DNA from: a virus
Virus record (IMG/VR): IMGVR_UViG_3300032092_000011
Coordinates: 32,001 to 96,000 of that record
Length of the DNA: 64,000 bases
Reading direction: 5' to 3' (one strand)
Each line of letters opens with the position of its first letter. The first letter of the stretch is position 1. Shown here piece by piece: positions 32,475 through 42,364 of this stretch. The notes beneath the pieces are model-generated. The model made no database searches. It saw only the letters and a program-made list of their open reading frames with translations, and was not told the origin of the DNA. The position numbers were made by a program, and so were the translations under genes.

Positions 32475-32915
32475 CTATACTATTTTGTCCCATGGTACAA
32501 ACTTAACGATTGCCCAACCTGCAACAGAATATGCACTGGTCATAAATGATGCAGTTAAAAAGGATCCAAAATTAGCATAATCAGTTTCTGGATAGAGAAT
32601 CACAAGATACGAACTTGTACCTTCAATTTTACGGATATCTGGATATAAAACATCAGATAATCCATATTTCATTAAAATATTACTAATTGGACTTAAGGCT
32701 TGAATCACTAGAGATTGTTGTAGTAATTCTGGTTGTTTTAATTCTTCGTCATCTAAATTAATAACTGCATAAACTCTACCGATCCAATCTACTCTCAATC
32801 CTTGTTCGAATAGAGTAGGCTCAATTCCTTTAACAGCCTTATAAGCTTTAAATAATAAAATAAGTTCTTTTACAAAGTACCACCAGTACCTTACTAAATT
32901 AATTGGATTCCACAT
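32475..32915 (-). CDS. hypothetical membrane-associated protein
   Basis: LRVDWIGRVYAVINL; hydrophobic C-terminus. Confidence 0.7.
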   Translation of the reverse strand: MWNPINLVRYWWYFVKELILLFKAYKAVKGIEPTLFEQGLRVDWIGRVYAVINLDDEELKQPELLQQSLVIQALSPISNILMKYGLSDVLYPDIRKIEGTSSYLVILYPETDYANFGSFLTASFMTSAYSVAGWAIVKFVPWDKIV

Positions 32916-33192
32916 ATTCTAATTTGGTTTTCAGATTTTGTAAACTCTGAACACCGTGTAAACGATCGATCGGCTCGCCATCTTTAAATATTATAATCGT
33001 AGGAATATTCCTAATATTGTATTTAGATGCCATATCAAATGCCACATCAATGTCCACGCGATGAACTTTTACTTTACTTATATACTCTTCTTCAAATTTG
33101 TTTAAAGATGGTTCTAAAGCTCTACATGGTTGGCACCACTCAGCTCCAAATTTAACAAAATGAATACCCTTGTCTTCAAATTCCTGCGTCAT
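32899..33192 (-). CDS. trxA: thioredoxin
   Basis: FGAEWCQPC, NIRNIPT, FKDG. Confidence 0.9.
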   Translation of the reverse strand: MTQEFEDKGIHFVKFGAEWCQPCRALEPSLNKFEEEYISKVKVHRVDIDVAFDMASKYNIRNIPTIIIFKDGEPIDRLHGVQSLQNLKTKLEYVESN

Positions 33193-33518
33193 TTTATTTC
33201 TAATTTTATTTGTTTATTTGTATTGAACCATCCATTCTCTTGGTTAGCCTCATCAATTTCTCCAGATTCTAAAGATCCAGTATATTGAAGAGTAGAAGAA
33301 TCATAATACACTTGATTCGGACCTTCAACCAAAAGATGAACTGGATGTTCGTAATAAGAATCGTCATTAATAATTTCTTTAAAATTATTTGACAAATATT
33401 CTAAAAATGCCTTTTCTGTTTTTCCTTTAAATTCTGGAAAATCAACTGAATCTAATTCTACTGGCAATGTTGTTACTTTAATAACGCGTTCTTGCGTTCT
33501 TCTTACTGTTAACTTCAT
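33189..33518 (-). CDS. hypothetical protein
   Basis: 109-aa ORF with coupled start/stop. Confidence 0.7.
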   Translation of the reverse strand: MKLTVRRTQERVIKVTTLPVELDSVDFPEFKGKTEKAFLEYLSNNFKEIINDDSYYEHPVHLLVEGPNQVYYDSSTLQYTGSLESGEIDEANQENGWFNTNKQIKLEIK

Positions 33519-33521
33519 AGA

Positions 33522-33689
33522 TTATTTATTTGGTGTAAAAAACCATAGCAGAAGGTATGGTGCGCCTAATCCTGGAATAAAAACAAATGCAAATCTCCAA
33601 AAAATAGGATCAATACTAGTGTATTCACCTAAACCCTCACATACTCCACCGATATAACCATCCTTTGAATTTCTATAAAATTTGCGCAT
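33522..33689 (-). CDS. pspC: PspC-domain membrane protein (missing from the ORF track)
   Basis: Manual translation MRKFYRNSKDGYIGGVCEGLGEYTSIDPIFWRFAFVFIPGLGAPYLLLWFFTPNK; GGVCxGL signature. Confidence 0.85.
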   Translation of the reverse strand: MRKFYRNSKDGYIGGVCEGLGEYTSIDPIFWRFAFVFIPGLGAPYLLLWFFTPNK

Positions 33690-33933
33690 ATTTAACTATA
33701 ACTAAAATTATTACTATTATCATAATTGCTATGAAAGAATAAGCTCCCATTTTTTCAAAAAACTCAACTTGATCCTTTCTTCGACCTTGGTAATCTCTAG
33801 AATATTGAAATCTTTCAATATCTTCTACTGCCTTTTTCTTACATTTTGGATTTTCACAAAGATAGATTTCTCCAAGGTCTGGTTCAAAACCTATTTTCTT
33901 AACGGCTTTTTTATTACAATTAAAGCATTCCAT
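33673..33933 (-). CDS. small Zn-finger/TM protein
   Basis: CFNC...CENPKC and a C-terminal TM. Confidence 0.6.
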   Translation of the reverse strand: MECFNCNKKAVKKIGFEPDLGEIYLCENPKCKKKAVEDIERFQYSRDYQGRRKDQVEFFEKMGAYSFIAIMIIVIILVIVKYAQIL

Positions 33934-33943
33934 ATTATTATTG

Positions 33944-34156
33944 TTAGTAAACTATAAAATCTTTAAATTCTTCTCCATACTTTTCAAGATAAAACTTTTT
34001 AAAAGCTTTTTCATAAAGAAAAGCTTTAGCTTGATGTGGTGGTAGCGGATTTTTAATTAATTCATTAGTAACATAACTTTGGACTTCTTGATGAATTCCA
34101 TAGTTATATGCTTGGAATAGAATTGCTTCTATATGTTTTCCATCATTAATTGGCAT
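33944..34156 (-). CDS. hypothetical protein
   Basis: ORF track 33944-34186; likely start MPIND. Confidence 0.6.
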   Translation of the reverse strand: MPINDGKHIEAILFQAYNYGIHQEVQSYVTNELIKNPLPPHQAKAFLYEKAFKKFYLEKYGEEFKDFIVY

Positions 34157-34337
34157 CGCGCATTTTTTGTTTTTGTTTAATAACATGCTCTTTCAATTTT
34201 CCAGTCCATTCATGGAATTTTTCAATTGCATTATTACTATTTACTTGAACACATTTAAAAGTTTCGCCATCCTTTCTAATGAGAATTAAATCATCAGATA
34301 GTTCAATTTGGTAGCCGAGTTCGAGATTGTTAACCAT
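34146..34337 (-). CDS. hypothetical protein
   Basis: 63-aa ORF. Confidence 0.6.
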   Translation of the reverse strand: MVNNLELGYQIELSDDLILIRKDGETFKCVQVNSNNAIEKFHEWTGKLKEHVIKQKQKMRDAN

Positions 34338-34376
34338 ACTTATTTTATTTTAAATTTTGATTTTGTTTACTAAAAA

Positions 34377-34658
34377 TTAAATAGCTTCAGTCAAGCTAAG
34401 TGGAGCAGAAATAAGACTAATTTTACCATCTTCTCTTAAATGTACTTTAGTGCGGTTGATTTTGACAACTTTAAAGGTTTTACCAGCAGCTTGCGGATGG
34501 TTTACTTTAACAGTCATACCAACTTCAAGAGAACGTTTAACCATACGAGCATCTTGGCGGCGGCGCATTTTAATAATGTCAATAAGATCTGCATTTAACT
34601 GTGAAAGTTCGGCAGTAGAAAGGGTGTTGATTTGAGAAAGGATTTGTGAGTAGTTCAT
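34377..34658 (-). CDS. small early protein with SH3/KOW-like C-terminus
   Basis: LEVGMTVKV...VVKINRTKV; own class I promoter. Confidence 0.7.
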   Translation of the reverse strand: MNYSQILSQINTLSTAELSQLNADLIDIIKMRRRQDARMVKRSLEVGMTVKVNHPQAAGKTFKVVKINRTKVHLREDGKISLISAPLSLTEAI

Positions 34659-34680
34659 TTTGTTATTGTTTTAATTAATG

Positions 34681-34741
34681 ATATGTAAATATAACTATAA
34701 TTTTTCAAACGGTAAAACTTTTTTCAAAAAAGTTATTAACA
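34681..34741 (-). promoter_or_regulatory. class I promoter with TGTTAATAAC box
   Basis: TGTTAATAACTTTTTGAAAAAAGTTTTACCGTTTGAAAAATTATAGTTATATTTACATAT. Confidence 0.8.
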
Positions 34742-35173
34742 TTATGCAGCTTGTTTCTGCAAAGACTTTCTCCAATAAGGTAACAATTTATCATGAATGG
34801 ACTTACCAGCAGAAGAATAGGTAGAAATACCTAATTTCCAAAGATAGAAATCAATATCCCAACCGCTATCAACAACACCAGCATCAGCCAACCAACGAAG
34901 AGCTGTACGTTCATTACCAGCTCCTAAAGCAATGGTCTTTTTAACAGACTCGTTAAAAGCTTCAACAGCTTTAGCTTCGGCTACAGCTTCAGCTTCAGCA
35001 TTCTCTTTGCATACTTCAGCAAAACGAGCAAAATCAGCCTCAAGATCCTCTAAGGACATAGAATCATAATCGATACCACGGGGACGAAAACCATAAGCAT
35101 CTTTATGGAAGTCAGAATAGATTTGAATCATTTCTTCACGTGGAGTAAGTTTTGTAAGTTCTGAAGTTGTCAT
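34742..35173 (-). CDS. conserved T4-like phage early protein
   Basis: YSDFHKDAYGFRPR...IALGAGNERTALRW. Confidence 0.7.
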   Translation of the reverse strand: MTTSELTKLTPREEMIQIYSDFHKDAYGFRPRGIDYDSMSLEDLEADFARFAEVCKENAEAEAVAEAKAVEAFNESVKKTIALGAGNERTALRWLADAGVVDSGWDIDFYLWKLGISTYSSAGKSIHDKLLPYWRKSLQKQAA

Positions 35174-35193
35174 AATGTTATTGTTAATTTGTT

Positions 35194-35236
35194 ATATGTA
35201 AATATAAACAATTTTCTCCAAACGGTAAAACTTTTT
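35194..35236 (-). promoter_or_regulatory. class I early promoter
   Basis: AAAAGTTTTACCGTTTGGAGAAAATTGTTTATATTTACATAT. Confidence 0.8.
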
Positions 35237-35246
35237 CACTTTATTT

Positions 35247-35849
35247 TTAAAAATTTTTTAAAAAATTTATAGGTTCTTGACGACCAATATTATAGGATGG
35301 AATATTAACCTCTTCTCGTTCAGGATGCCATTGAACCCCCATGATAGTTTTATCAGGATTAATAAATCCTTCTACTGTGTAATCTAATGAATAATGTGAT
35401 GGTATCAATTTTCGACCGATAATTGCACAGTGTTGATGGTGTCTAGAATTTACAATGAATGTCTCTCCATTCTTAATATTCTTTACCCAATGAAATTGAG
35501 ATAATCTTTCATTATGGCATTCATCATCAGCAAATTGATCGATTAGATGGTTTTCTAAAACTCGTTCATTTAAGTTTTCTACAGTTCCACCAAAATGTAT
35601 GTTGATAAGTTGCATGCCTCGACAAATACCTAAAACTTTATATCCTCCTTCGATTGCTTGTTTTAGCCATTCAAACTCTAATTCGTCTCTAACTTTATTA
35701 ATTCCAATATCTGGCCCACCAGACAAAATTAGGGTCCCATCAACTTTATCTCCAGCTGATAGGACCCTGTATTCAATTTTGTTTGCAGCCAACCATTCAA
35801 TATAATTCTTAAGTTCAATAATTCCTTTAGGTGGTGCGATATTTACCAT
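35247..35849 (-). CDS. class I glutamine amidotransferase / peptidase C26 (PuuD-like)
   Basis: LSGGPDI, GICRGMQ, VNSRHHQ, GVQWHPE. Confidence 0.9.
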   Translation of the reverse strand: MVNIAPPKGIIELKNYIEWLAANKIEYRVLSAGDKVDGTLILSGGPDIGINKVRDELEFEWLKQAIEGGYKVLGICRGMQLINIHFGGTVENLNERVLENHLIDQFADDECHNERLSQFHWVKNIKNGETFIVNSRHHQHCAIIGRKLIPSHYSLDYTVEGFINPDKTIMGVQWHPEREEVNIPSYNIGRQEPINFLKNF

Positions 35850-35853
35850 GGTT

Positions 35854-36081
35854 CTACTTTTTCCAAGTTAATTTACCATCAACATGAATTTCTAAAATCT
35901 TAGATGCATCCTGTGAATTTAGAAGTGTGTTGACATATTTACTAGGATATTTAATCTTATCATAATCAACCGCATGTGTTTCAAATATAACCCTGACGAC
36001 TGAACCGCCTGGTTTGACTGAAAGATGATTAGTTCTCATCTCATCAGTTGGTTGATATAATTTTTTAAACTGTTCGTCCAT
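35854..36081 (-). CDS. hypothetical protein
   Basis: 75-aa ORF. Confidence 0.65.
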   Translation of the reverse strand: MDEQFKKLYQPTDEMRTNHLSVKPGGSVVRVIFETHAVDYDKIKYPSKYVNTLLNSQDASKILEIHVDGKLTWKK

Positions 36082-37369
36082 TTTCGTATACGTGTTTTAT
36101 AACTGGGAATCGAAGTGAATAACCACCATTTTGGTTTTGGCTCTCTTCAAAATACTGAACTGTGATTGTTTTACCAATGATTTCTCCAGGACTTGTGTAA
36201 TAATGTCTACGTTGTTCTTGACTAAATCCACTACCAACCTGAACTCGACAACCTTTATGTTCAATTACAACATTTCGCAACATGATTTCTTCAACCTCTT
36301 TACCATCAACAATTACTCGGTGAGGACCCATATCAACATCAACAACAACGTATTCTTCATCAAAGAATTGTTTAACTTTCATAATATCGTTGCTACGTTT
36401 TCCTTGGTATGCTGCATCTTTACGGAGCATTAAGCCTTCCCATTTGTTTTGAGTTGCAACTGCAAGGTGTTGTTGAAATTCTTCTTCAGTATCAACTTTA
36501 ACTTGCTCAAGTGGAGTAACAAAATCTAGTTCTCCAGCATAATTTTCAAACCAAGCTTTCATATTTGCTTGGCGTTCACTAAAAGTACGAACTGAAGATT
36601 GTGAACTAAATTCGCCAATCGTTAGCATATCAAATACAACAAATCTTGGTCGACGAATGGTATGATTTTTGCGTTTGATTTCCTTCATGATACCTTGGAA
36701 ATCTTCATTTCCGTTCTCATCCATGATACAAATTTCACCATCAAGAACCAAACTTTGTGGAATTCGACTTAATTCTTGTTGAATAACTCCAAGGGTTTCG
36801 AATTCATTTCCAGCGCGTGAGTAGAATTTTACTTCTCCGTTAGGCTGCATAATACAAATACAACGACAACCATCTAATTTACGACTTACGAACCACCTGT
36901 CTGACCACTTTACTTTCTTCTTTGTATCATTATTATAAGTCGCAGCTAGTGCAACCTCGAATGTCGGAATACATCCAGGAATCACTTTATTAATCATTGA
37001 TGTAGTTGATCGAGTTTTAAGGTTTCGATCAAGAATCATCCAAATTATCTCTTCGAATTCAGCATTTTCGCTAACAAACGTATTAACAGCTTGAATGGCG
37101 GAGTGGCCAGTGATATTACGATCACAGAGATCATCCAAAAGACTAAAAATATTAGTATAGTTGTTTTGTAGACCACGTAGGTCGTTGCGTTTTTGACAAT
37201 TTTTTGAAGTGACATAATATTGTTTAAAAGGCGAGTAAGTATACTCTAGAGCCTTAACAACTTCAGGATATTGAGAAAACTCTTTAATAACTGCAAGTTT
37301 GTCAGTGTTAGAGTTTGTCTGGTTTGATTTGTTTACAAAGTCCTGTAGTAGTTGTAACGTTTTTTCCAT
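36065..37369 (-). CDS. lig: ATP-dependent DNA ligase
   Basis: KLDGCR, LDGE, FDML, WEGLMLRK, VGSGFS, SLRFP; start moved to MEKTL. Confidence 0.95.
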   Translation of the reverse strand: MEKTLQLLQDFVNKSNQTNSNTDKLAVIKEFSQYPEVVKALEYTYSPFKQYYVTSKNCQKRNDLRGLQNNYTNIFSLLDDLCDRNITGHSAIQAVNTFVSENAEFEEIIWMILDRNLKTRSTTSMINKVIPGCIPTFEVALAATYNNDTKKKVKWSDRWFVSRKLDGCRCICIMQPNGEVKFYSRAGNEFETLGVIQQELSRIPQSLVLDGEICIMDENGNEDFQGIMKEIKRKNHTIRRPRFVVFDMLTIGEFSSQSSVRTFSERQANMKAWFENYAGELDFVTPLEQVKVDTEEEFQQHLAVATQNKWEGLMLRKDAAYQGKRSNDIMKVKQFFDEEYVVVDVDMGPHRVIVDGKEVEEIMLRNVVIEHKGCRVQVGSGFSQEQRRHYYTSPGEIIGKTITVQYFEESQNQNGGYSLRFPVIKHVYENGRTV

Positions 37370-37406
37370 ATTTATTTTATTTGATAATTTCAATTTGTTT
37401 AATTTG

Positions 37407-37477
37407 ATATGTAAATATAAACAAAAAACCCGACATAAAAAAATGTCGGGTGAAATATTTTCAAAAAGTTATTAACA
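37407..37477 (-). promoter_or_regulatory. class I promoter variant with internal hairpin and TGTTAATAAC box
   Basis: TTGTTTATATTTACATAT core; CCCGACAT/ATGTCGGG inverted repeat at 37428-37450. Confidence 0.65.
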
Positions 37478-37705
37478 TTATGCCTTTAAGTACTTCTCAG
37501 GTTCTCTAATAATATATTCTTCGGAGCTACCTTCAAATCGGCCAAAAATCTTGTTTCCTTCGATTTTAGTGATTTCTACCGGCTTTACAACTTTAATATT
37601 CTCTTTAGCCTTAGGATCCCATTCCATACCGTGCCAATTATAAGTTTTACCAACCTTAAATTTACCTTCATTAATGAAGCTTTCAAATAGTCTAACCTTT
37701 TTCAT
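37478..37705 (-). CDS. CTS-tagged small protein
   Basis: MKKVRLFESFINE. Confidence 0.7.
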   Translation of the reverse strand: MKKVRLFESFINEGKFKVGKTYNWHGMEWDPKAKENIKVVKPVEITKIEGNKIFGRFEGSSEEYIIREPEKYLKA

Positions 37706-37706
37706 A

Positions 37707-37946
37707 TTAATCTTTTAATGATAAAATTTTCATGTCCAATTGTAACATTTGATTCTTTAAATGATTCTTTTGGATCTTTAATTGTGTGATTGCCATTTTA
37801 ACTGGGTCTGGATCTTCATCCTTTCCCATATCTCTTAATGATTGTTCTAAATCTTGAAGTTGACTTCTAACATCTGTTATCTTTTGAGATAATTCAGATC
37901 TATCATTCTCAAGTATAAATTCCTCAAATAATCTAACAGATTTCAT
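37707..37946 (-). CDS. CTS-tagged small coiled-coil protein
   Basis: MKSVRLFEEFILE. Confidence 0.7.
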   Translation of the reverse strand: MKSVRLFEEFILENDRSELSQKITDVRSQLQDLEQSLRDMGKDEDPDPVKMAITQLKIQKNHLKNQMLQLDMKILSLKD

Positions 37947-38506
37947 TAAATCTCTAATTTAATTTTTTCGCCATTTGGTTGACTATAAACTATATATTCT
38001 GGATTAACTTGAAATTCCGTACCCTTTAACATATCAACATATTTCTGACCAAGACCCTTTTTAATATATGCGATTGTCATGTGTGGATGGTAATCAGGAT
38101 ATGAGTTAGTATGTGGTAATTTACAAAGTGCATCATTACAAGCATGCAAGAAGTTATTGCCTTCTTCCGTATAACCAACATCAAATTTTAAAACATCATA
38201 TTGATTTTCAAAAAGAGATGCATTATGTAATTTTAATTTGTCATATTGAAATTGACTAACAATTTCTTTAATATCATCAACCGTTACTTCTTTGTGTAAA
38301 CCGTATAAAAGTGTACAATGTGGCTCATCTTCTAAACCATAAGTTCTGTCTTCATCTTCGGTATAAAGATGATCTGGATTTATTGCGTCATGAATTTTAT
38401 TAATTTGAGAAAAACCAAAATATAACATAACACAACCATAGTCATAAGAATCTCCTTTCTTTTCATCGATTGCGATGAATTCTTCAAATAATTTTATATG
38501 TTTCAT
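37946..38506 (-). CDS. CTS-tagged 2H phosphoesterase (T4 gp57B/Acb1-like)
   Basis: MKHIKLFEEF; two HxT motifs PHCTLLY and YPDYHPHMTIAY. Confidence 0.8.
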   Translation of the reverse strand: MKHIKLFEEFIAIDEKKGDSYDYGCVMLYFGFSQINKIHDAINPDHLYTEDEDRTYGLEDEPHCTLLYGLHKEVTVDDIKEIVSQFQYDKLKLHNASLFENQYDVLKFDVGYTEEGNNFLHACNDALCKLPHTNSYPDYHPHMTIAYIKKGLGQKYVDMLKGTEFQVNPEYIVYSQPNGEKIKLEI

Positions 38507-38907
38507 ATCTTTACAAGATTTACTTTAATTTTAGTTTCACCAAGAGCCCATGCCGTCATTAATCGATGGTGACCATCATAGATTGATATTCCATCTGAAA
38601 ATTGAACTACATTAATTATTGGTAATTTACCAGGCTCAGCAATCATTCTTTTTACTTTATTGGCCTGAATATTTGGTTGAGTTATTTGAATATCTTTTAC
38701 ATTTACTGATTTAACTTTTGCATCTTTTTGGTTAGATTCAAATGCCTCAATCACTTCACTCCAAGTATGCTTGCTTTTATCAAAAACACCATCAATTTTT
38801 TTGGCATCTTCAAAGGTTGCACCCTTTGGCAAATCATCAATTTTTTGATTTGCTAATTCAACCTTTGATTCGTTAATAAATTGCTCAAATAACCTTACGA
38901 ATTTCAT
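38503..38907 (-). CDS. CTS-tagged ParB/Srx-like domain protein
   Basis: MKFVRLFEQFINE; ITQPNI...IYDGHHRL. Confidence 0.75.
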   Translation of the reverse strand: MKFVRLFEQFINESKVELANQKIDDLPKGATFEDAKKIDGVFDKSKHTWSEVIEAFESNQKDAKVKSVNVKDIQITQPNIQANKVKRMIAEPGKLPIINVVQFSDGISIYDGHHRLMTAWALGETKIKVNLVKI

Positions 38908-39644
38908 TATTTCTTTGGTTCTTTTTTATCATAATATTCCCAAACCTCATCTAATTGTTTAGGATCTACTAACCAACTTTCCCACCAGCCACCTCCAACT
39001 TCTTCAACAAGAGATCCGTCTTTTAATTTACGATATTCTTTCTCGTGAACTGTAATTTTAAAAGTTTTAGGTATAAATGGTAATGATTTAATATATTGAA
39101 ATGAACCGACCTTTTCATCACTGCCTTCGGTGATAGAAACGCCATTTCCAGTAAATCCATAATCTTTTCCTTCAGGTACAAATACGATTGCATTCAGATA
39201 GTAAGGTTTACCATCTTTACCCTGTTTAAATACAGAACTAAGTCTTTTATTTTGAAATGTTCCAGTTCCTTCTTCAGCATCTTCATAAACTGAGCAATCT
39301 GACCATTCATCATCAGTACATTCAATACCTTCACCAAGAGGCTCTTGTGCCAACATCTTTTTAATAGTATCAACAATTGCTCCAGCCGTAAAAGGCGCTG
39401 AAGCTCCAGATTGACCTGATTGTCCAAATTTATCAACAAGTGCTTCAATTTCTGGTACAAATTCGGCTATTAAAAGATTTTTACCTTCTTTTTCTGCTTT
39501 ATCTAAAAGTCTCTTTAATTCAGGATATTTAGATTCATTAAGAGATTCAACTTGAATCATCTTAATTCCTTCATGCAGAACTTTAACCAATTCCATCCTA
39601 ATAGAATCCGTTAAAAACTCTTCAAATAATTTTATCTTTTTCAT
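38907..39644 (-). CDS. CTS-tagged hypothetical protein
   Basis: MKKIKLFEEF; internal VESLNES. Confidence 0.7.
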   Translation of the reverse strand: MKKIKLFEEFLTDSIRMELVKVLHEGIKMIQVESLNESKYPELKRLLDKAEKEGKNLLIAEFVPEIEALVDKFGQSGQSGASAPFTAGAIVDTIKKMLAQEPLGEGIECTDDEWSDCSVYEDAEEGTGTFQNKRLSSVFKQGKDGKPYYLNAIVFVPEGKDYGFTGNGVSITEGSDEKVGSFQYIKSLPFIPKTFKITVHEKEYRKLKDGSLVEEVGGGWWESWLVDPKQLDEVWEYYDKKEPKK

Positions 39645-39654
39645 ATACTATATA

Positions 39655-41373
39655 TTATTGTAACATTTTGATACGCCCCTTGACTGATGGTGGCATCTTA
39701 CCAACTAGGCTTCGGAAACAAGCATCTAAAACATATGTTACAGCCCAATCATCTTTACTTCTGACTGATCGACCAACACCTTGTAAAAAACTAACTGAAG
39801 TTTTCCAATCATACCAATCTGGAACTTGTGTCATTTTGGCTTTAATATGTGGAGATCCTAATGATGGATATGGTACTTTAAAAAAGACCTGGAATCGACT
39901 AATATCATCTTTTAAGTCTAGACCTTCTAAAATTGATGGTCCAATTAATATACCATTCTCTGAATTTTTAAACTTATCTAGGGCATCAGCCTTTGATTTA
40001 GAGTCAACATAACTAATTAATCGATGTTTCCATTTACTCGACTCTAGAATCTTCTGAGTAAACTCGTATGAACCTGTGTGAATTACACCTCGATGTTCAT
40101 TGTGTTTAGATAGAACTTTATCTAAAATTTCAAGTACGCTGCCAAAGTTCTTGTCCTTCTCGCGCATTGACATTTTAAATTTATTTACAAATACAATTGG
40201 TGATTTATCATAATTAAAATCGTTGTTCAATCGGATAAATCGGGCATTCTCAATTCCCATAATCCTCATGTAACTGGCCGGATCGCCGATTGTTGCACTC
40301 ATGAAAACTTTAAAATCAGCCTTTTTATGTAAATGTTTCTTAATTAACCATTGTTCTTCAATACATGTAAATTCAGCCTCTTCCGCCATTTGATTTGCTA
40401 CCATTTTGTCAACTCCAACTTGCTGCAAAATTTCAATATAATCTTCAAATTTACAATGCATGTCCTTGATTCGATCAAATGAAGTAAAAGCAGATTGCCA
40501 GTCCTTTGGAACTGAAGAGTCACCAAATCTTTTCTTAGCAGTATTCTTAACATCTTTACCAATTGCCAAATAAATTTCAAAGAATTTCTTCAATTCTTCC
40601 ATTGTCATTAGTAGTTCTGGTTTATTAGTTGATTTTAAGAGTGTATAGAATATTGACTCAAGTTTATTCTTTGTGATATGTGGTTTATTAAAAGCCCATC
40701 TAGCCAAGAATTGATTTAAAGTTTGAATTCTGGTTAAAATAGTTTTATCAATCTTTGGACTAAAATGATTCTGTACAATCTCATCAATTTTATGCGCCTC
40801 ATCAAAGAATGCAAAATCTCGTTGTTCAAATGGAGATCCACCTTCTTCGGCTCTTTTATCTTCAACATAGTTGCGTTGAATCAGCCAAAAACTATAATTT
40901 AATAGTGCAATTCGGCTATTAATTGCCTTATCTCTAGCATTTAAATATCCACAGTTTGAATAACACGATAACTCTTTGGCCTTTTCGTAACTCATGCCCT
41001 TTAATCGACAATCACCAAGGCTGAATGGTAATCCATTCACCGAACAATCATAATTGTCAACTCCTTTCACTGAACCCCAGGGTAACTTTAACCTATATAA
41101 GTCCGATTCGTATTGGTCCTGTAAGCTTAGATCACTAGTAATTAAGTAACCTTTCTTACCTAACTCAATTAGAACCAAACTAGTAGCCATGGCAATGATT
41201 GATTTACCAGTTCCAGTCGGAGCATCAATTACAATAGTGCCTTCTGAATCTTCAAAATATGCTTGACAAATGGCTTCAACAGTTTCTCTTTGCCCAGTCC
41301 TAAATTGAAAATCGGGCCCAAGTAGGCCCTTCTCCAATATTTTATCTAATGTTTGTTTTATTTGCTCTTGCAC
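39655..41373 (-). CDS. DinG/XPD-family SF2 helicase
   Basis: FRTGQ, APTGTGKS, Cys cluster, DEAH, MSAT, EGLD, KVPYP, QGVGRSVR. Confidence 0.9.
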   Translation of the reverse strand: MQEQIKQTLDKILEKGLLGPDFQFRTGQRETVEAICQAYFEDSEGTIVIDAPTGTGKSIIAMATSLVLIELGKKGYLITSDLSLQDQYESDLYRLKLPWGSVKGVDNYDCSVNGLPFSLGDCRLKGMSYEKAKELSCYSNCGYLNARDKAINSRIALLNYSFWLIQRNYVEDKRAEEGGSPFEQRDFAFFDEAHKIDEIVQNHFSPKIDKTILTRIQTLNQFLARWAFNKPHITKNKLESIFYTLLKSTNKPELLMTMEELKKFFEIYLAIGKDVKNTAKKRFGDSSVPKDWQSAFTSFDRIKDMHCKFEDYIEILQQVGVDKMVANQMAEEAEFTCIEEQWLIKKHLHKKADFKVFMSATIGDPASYMRIMGIENARFIRLNNDFNYDKSPIVFVNKFKMSMREKDKNFGSVLEILDKVLSKHNEHRGVIHTGSYEFTQKILESSKWKHRLISYVDSKSKADALDKFKNSENGILIGPSILEGLDLKDDISRFQVFFKVPYPSLGSPHIKAKMTQVPDWYDWKTSVSFLQGVGRSVRSKDDWAVTYVLDACFRSLVGKMPPSVKGRIKMLQ

Positions 41374-42236
41374 TTAATATCTTTTAAATGTTGAATCCAA
41401 TCTTCTAATTTATGTGTGGGTTTCCAATCTAATAATTCTTCAGTATCAGATGGAAACTCTTGACTTGTAAATCTTTCGCCACGTCTAGTAGGTATTAATT
41501 TATATGGAGTTCCAAACAATTGTGCAACTTCTAGAATTGTTATATTTTTACCAGATCTAAGATGCCATTCATGGCAAAGATCTTTATTAGCAACTTTAAT
41601 TAAACCACTAACAACATCATTAACATGTGTAAAATCTCGGCTTTGACTTCCTGGTTCAACAACTGTCAATTCTTCATTGTTCATAAATTGACGTTCAAAA
41701 ATGCCAATCACAGTCGAATAATCGCCTTGCATAATTTGGCCAGGACCATAAACATTAAAGAAGTAACATATTTCATATTTTAAACCAAACCAGTCACCGT
41801 AGTTTTTAATTAATTCAACCATTTTAGCCTTACACCATGAATATGGAGAAAGGTTTTCATCTTTACCTCCATTTCCAAATTTAGATGAGGATGCTGAATA
41901 AATTAGTTTAGCTCTCCATTCTCGACATAAATTAATAATGATTGGTGTTCCTGTTAAAATAGTACGTTGAACATAGTCAATATCATCAAATGATTTAACT
42001 ATTCTAGAATATTCACCGAAATGATAGACAATATCAAAACTTTGGTTTCGAAAAATATGGTCAGCTTCCCATGTATGGCCTCGATAATATTCAACCCCAG
42101 ATACATGATTCTCTTGTTTTCCAGTAAAATAATTATCTAATACAGTAATTTGAGAATCTGGATATTGAGCCCTTAAGGCTTTTATTAAGTTACTACCAAT
42201 AAATCCAGCTCCGCCGGTAATAAGTATTTTATTCAT
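41358..42236 (-). CDS. NAD-dependent sugar epimerase/dehydratase
   Basis: TGGAGFIG, SASSS, PYSWCK, FNVYGP, RDFTHV. Confidence 0.9.
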   Translation of the reverse strand: MNKILITGGAGFIGSNLIKALRAQYPDSQITVLDNYFTGKQENHVSGVEYYRGHTWEADHIFRNQSFDIVYHFGEYSRIVKSFDDIDYVQRTILTGTPIIINLCREWRAKLIYSASSSKFGNGGKDENLSPYSWCKAKMVELIKNYGDWFGLKYEICYFFNVYGPGQIMQGDYSTVIGIFERQFMNNEELTVVEPGSQSRDFTHVNDVVSGLIKVANKDLCHEWHLRSGKNITILEVAQLFGTPYKLIPTRRGERFTSQEFPSDTEELLDWKPTHKLEDWIQHLKDIKCKSK

Positions 42237-42255
42237 ATAAACATATTGGCATTTG

Positions 42256-42329
42256 TGATCCCGTCAGGATTCGAACCTGAGACCTACTGCTTAGAAGGCA
42301 GTTGCTCTATCCAGCTGAGCTACGAGACC
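42256..42329 (-). tRNA. tRNA-Arg(UCU)
   Basis: Cloverleaf; ACTGC-CTTCTAA-GCAGT. Confidence 0.95.
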
Positions 42330-42364
42330 ATTTTGTAAAAATACATTATCGTTCTCTAACGAGT

